64,000 nucleotides of DNA. Origin: a bacterium UBP8_UBA817 (GTDB lineage: Bacteria; Margulisbacteria; Marinamargulisbacteria; CAMDBA01). Every line of letters starts with the position of its first letter. The first letter of the stretch is position 1. The notes beneath the pieces are model-generated. The model worked only from the letters and a program-made list of their open reading frames with translations. It did not search any database and was not told the origin of the DNA. Positions 61,007-64,000 of the stretch are shown in pieces. The translations under genes and the position numbers were made by a program. The stretch is from positions 12,796 to 76,795 of the forward strand of contig CAMDBA010000001.1 of the NCBI GenBank assembly GCA_945888995.1, in the 5' to 3' direction.

Positions 61007-62122
61007 ATGAAAAATAAAGAACGCAAGCTCTATAAGATTGGACATCTCACCAAAATATTGGGAATTACCCATCGTTCGATCCGCTACTATGATCAATACG
61101 GATTGCTTCCTCACGTTAAACGAAGTTCCGGTAATGTGCGGCTATTTGATGAAGAAGATGTCGAGCTCATCAAAAAAATCCGAAAAATGCAAAGCGAAGA
61201 ATTTCTTCCCTTAAACGTTATTAAAGAGAAATTATTTGGCAAAAAATCAGATATCACGTCGGGAGATAAAGCGATTGTCACCGATAGTACCGCGCTTCTA
61301 TCTGAAGCAGTGAAAGCCGCGGCTCCAATTCATATCTTGCCGCTCTCCATTTCCATCGAAGGACAAACTTACCTGGACGGCATCGATATTACGCCGAGCG
61401 AACTCTGGGATAAAAGCCAGCAGCTTGAAATCGATACCCTGACCAGCCCACCTGCCGAAGATGTCTTTGTTAAAAAATATCTGGAACTTCACCAACAAGG
61501 TATTAAAGAAATTTATTCGATTCATCTATCATCCAAATTATCCGCCACCTACCAGATCGCACTTCAGGCGTCCCACAAAGTCGCCGACAAAGTCAAAGTC
61601 GTCGTTATCGATTCAAAATCCACGGGAGCCGGACTGGGATTATTCGTTCAACTGATCGGCGAAGCAATTCACGAACAAAATTCCAGCAAAGAAATCCAGC
61701 TTCTGATCTCAAAAAATTTACCGCTCATCTTCGATATGATGGTCGTAAACTCGCTCCAGTTTCTGGCCAATAAAGGCAAGCTATCCGATCTGAGCCCGAC
61801 TCAAATGACGTTTATGGGCAAGCTCTTTGAGCTCAAACCCGTTATGACGCTCAAAAACGGGGAACTTGAGATCCTGGAATGCTCTAAAACCAAACAAGAT
61901 GCAGTCGACCTGATGATCGACTTACTGGACCGGGAAATTCAATCCCGTGGCGGCTACGTCAAACAGATTTCGGTTATTTACAATTATTTATATGGCGAAG
62001 CCCTGGAAATCATTAACCGCATTAAAAGCAGCTACCCGTATATTCCGCTTTATATGGACGAAGGCAGCTCGATTCTTTCGGTATATGTCGGAAACGAATC
62101 CATAGGCATCTCTATTATTTAA
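61007..62122 (+). CDS. MerR-type HTH fused to a DegV (FakB-like fatty-acid-binding) domain
   Basis: N-terminal YKIGHL..LGITHRSIRYYDQYGLL..RSSGNVRLF; DegV IVTDST, TSPP, LSSKLSATY, IDSKS, LKPVM. Confidence 0.85.
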   Translation: MKNKERKLYKIGHLTKILGITHRSIRYYDQYGLLPHVKRSSGNVRLFDEEDVELIKKIRKMQSEEFLPLNVIKEKLFGKKSDITSGDKAIVTDSTALLSEAVKAAAPIHILPLSISIEGQTYLDGIDITPSELWDKSQQLEIDTLTSPPAEDVFVKKYLELHQQGIKEIYSIHLSSKLSATYQIALQASHKVADKVKVVVIDSKSTGAGLGLFVQLIGEAIHEQNSSKEIQLLISKNLPLIFDMMVVNSLQFLANKGKLSDLSPTQMTFMGKLFELKPVMTLKNGELEILECSKTKQDAVDLMIDLLDREIQSRGGYVKQISVIYNYLYGEALEIINRIKSSYPYIPLYMDEGSSILSVYVGNESIGISII

Positions 62123-62139
62123 TCATCGTCGTGGAAACG

Positions 62140-62165
62140 AGAGACGCGATTTATCGCGTCTCTAC
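62140..62165 (-). repeat. GTAG-type REP palindrome between convergent genes
   Basis: Minus strand GTAG-AGACGCGAT-AA-ATCGCGTCTCT; its TAG is the stop codon of the ligase gene. Confidence 0.75.
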
Positions 62166-62767
62166 AATCTTTCTTTGATAGCGGTTCGTATCTCATCAAT
62201 GAACCGCTTCTCGGCCGGAATGCCCCGACTAAAAAAGTCCCCGTAGGCGGCCTGTAAATCGGCAAAAGTCAGGCAGTTGTCATAGAGATGAATAATCCCC
62301 TGAATGATAAATCGATATCGCTGTTTTCTGAGCGTCAGAGCCACGATTTTTTCGTTTTCATAATAGAGCTCGAATGGGTTGTGATAGGTGTTGCAGAAGT
62401 CCAAATTCTGAGGCCCTGACGCAGCTGATGGCATAAGCGCAATCCCACAATCCGAAAAAGCCGCGGCAAAGAGATCCGAAAACCATCCCATTTTCCCTCG
62501 AAGGGATTTTGGGAACAAGTGATCATCTAGGCCGGCGCTACAACTAAATACCAAGTCTCCCTGACTGTGAAAAACAATCCCGCCTCCGGTAAGTCGCTTG
62601 GCATGATCAATCGCCATTAAGTCTTCCGGCAGCGTTTGCTTGTAACTATAGGTTAGTCCCGGTGTTTGCCAGTCATAGAGCCTGAAGCACCGGTCTGAGG
62701 CATGAAGGAGCGAGTCATCGAATGCCATATTCTCGGCAGCGGTCGGGAATGATATCTCACTCACCAT
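62162..62767 (-). CDS. Lipoate-protein ligase family protein (LipM/LplA catalytic domain)
   Basis: ENMAFDDSLL, RLYDW..PGLTYSYKQ, KRLTGGGIVFH, NFC-like LDFC, EKIVA. Confidence 0.8.
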   Translation of the reverse strand: MVSEISFPTAAENMAFDDSLLHASDRCFRLYDWQTPGLTYSYKQTLPEDLMAIDHAKRLTGGGIVFHSQGDLVFSCSAGLDDHLFPKSLRGKMGWFSDLFAAAFSDCGIALMPSAASGPQNLDFCNTYHNPFELYYENEKIVALTLRKQRYRFIIQGIIHLYDNCLTFADLQAAYGDFFSRGIPAEKRFIDEIRTAIKERL

Positions 62768-63459
62768 CAGAGCAACGGCGTTCGCACACGCGGCGTCTCA
62801 TCATCGTCTTCATCGGCATCGTCATCCAAGATCAGTTTACGCGGAATACTAAACGCGCCAACCGCAAAAAACGCTGCTTCGATAGACCGGACTTTGACAG
62901 CCCGGGGCGTGACTTGCTTCACACCAAGTGTGTTTAGCTCGGCCTTAGCGAGATACCCTTCGACATGTTGGTCTACGATTTTTTTCAGGTCGTCTACTTT
63001 TTGAGGTGAAATAGTCGTCGTATCCTCGGCTTGAAGAAACGTTTCCATGACCAGGTCGACGATCGCTTTTATTTTTTCGTCCGGCAGATCTACTTTCACC
63101 GATTTAGTCAGCATCGTCTTCAGATCGGCTAACAAATTCAGCTTATACTTAAACTTCGCAAAAAACGCGAGCTGAAGCTCTGAGAGGAGGTCCTGAATCC
63201 GACCCAGATGACTAAATCCGAAAAAGATAATCAGCTCCAACAACCGGAACATCTTTAGTTTCGCGCTGCCCTCCGAAATCAAGCCGTTACGGATTTGATA
63301 AATCAGAACTTCGACCAGCCGCATGACTGCCAACAGATTTTTATTCAGGACCGCGAGACGAATCTTCTCGAGGTCCTGAGGCGTTACAACACCATAGCCC
63401 GGTGTCTTGTCGGGATCAAAGCCATTAACTCGGCGGATCTTCTCCGGAGGGTAGCCCAT
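62767..63459 (-). CDS. Hypothetical protein (helical, acidic tail)
   Basis: 230-aa ORF packed between neighbours on the same strand; no family recognised. Confidence 0.7.
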   Translation of the reverse strand: MGYPPEKIRRVNGFDPDKTPGYGVVTPQDLEKIRLAVLNKNLLAVMRLVEVLIYQIRNGLISEGSAKLKMFRLLELIIFFGFSHLGRIQDLLSELQLAFFAKFKYKLNLLADLKTMLTKSVKVDLPDEKIKAIVDLVMETFLQAEDTTTISPQKVDDLKKIVDQHVEGYLAKAELNTLGVKQVTPRAVKVRSIEAAFFAVGAFSIPRKLILDDDADEDDDETPRVRTPLL

Positions 63460-63468
63460 GGAAGTAGG

Positions 63469-64000
63469 CTACTGCATCAGACGACCGTTCCTAATCAATA
63501 CTTTGACGACATTGACAAAAGAGCCTTCTGCAGAGCTCACCACCACCCGAATCAAATACTCATCGTCCTGAACTTTTTTCTTTGTAGTAGAGGTTAAATC
63601 CCAATTAACCTGATAATCCCCGGCCGGCATGATTTTTTCCGCAACCAGGTCTTTTACTTTCATTCCATATGCATCCCGGACATAGACACCGACGACGTAC
63701 TCGGCATCCGATTTTCCCCCTTTAAGGACATAATGCGTCACCATGCCGTTCGGCGCATCAGACGCGGTCACAGAAACACTCAACGGTTCCGCTACAATCG
63801 AAGGAGCGGGCGTCGGTTCAGTGACAGGGGCAGGAGTCGCCGGAATAGACTCACTAACGGTCGCGACTTTGATGGGCTGATCTTCGATTACAACGGACGG
63901 AGTCACCACCGGCGCTTCGATAATCGTCGGGGTCACGACAATCGGCTCAGGTTGAACCGCTGCTACCGGCTCGGTTGGCGCAACCGGTGGCATCGGAACG
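63469..64000 (-). CDS. Protein with Pro/Thr-rich linker and C-terminal FlgD-like Ig domain (partial at window edge)
   Basis: VYVRDAYGMKVKDLV...AGDYQVNWD...DDEYLIRV is typical of FlgD_ig; 5' end lies outside the window. Confidence 0.65.
   Translation of the reverse strand, partial: VPMPPVAPTEPVAAVQPEPIVVTPTIIEAPVVTPSVVIEDQPIKVATVSESIPATPAPVTEPTPAPSIVAEPLSVSVTASDAPNGMVTHYVLKGGKSDAEYVVGVYVRDAYGMKVKDLVAEKIMPAGDYQVNWDLTSTTKKKVQDDEYLIRVVVSSAEGSFVNVVKVLIRNGRLMQ

Overview
A 64-kb bacterial chromosomal window, mostly housekeeping genes: lepB 3' end, thiS, gyrB/gyrA, tmRNA, thiE, murA, dapF/dapL, csaB/tagA, acpS, larB/larC2, valS, folC, ftsL/ftsI, hisE, dnaE, pgi, tRNA-Asp, lgt, nadC, UDG, xerC, hldD, htpX, three glycosyltransferases, ispE, purC/purA, tRNA-Tyr, pfk and bioFHCD. 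The ThiD2-ThiE fusion, DapL route, CsaB/SLH envelope genes plus LPS-heptose epimerase, and an unsplit intein-free dnaE suggest a diderm, non-photosynthetic relative of Cyanobacteria such as Margulisbacteria (inference, no phylogeny run). Two things stand out. (1) A 650-aa AT-rich ORF (55342-57294, minus) joins a stand-alone class II terpene-cyclase beta domain (PADVDCTS) to a class I terpene-synthase alpha domain (NDYND, NDLGSEHQD, RY), an architecture I do not recognise from characterised enzymes. (2) All three tRNA-like genes (tmRNA, tRNA-Asp, tRNA-Tyr) carry related 130-270 bp non-coding trailers. Two have att-like duplications starting at the T-loop TTC, and two conserved end motifs are each shared between two loci, which looks like a family of miniature, gene-less tDNA-targeting integrative elements. 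Also notable: a MerR-DegV fusion between the biotin operon and a lipoate/octanoyl ligase, a probable ATT-initiated M15A peptidase, a long structured leader upstream of purA, several probably leaderless genes and several REP-like palindrome families. No CRISPR array, rRNA, transposase or phage structural genes were seen. All calls come from reading motifs by eye; no searches were run.
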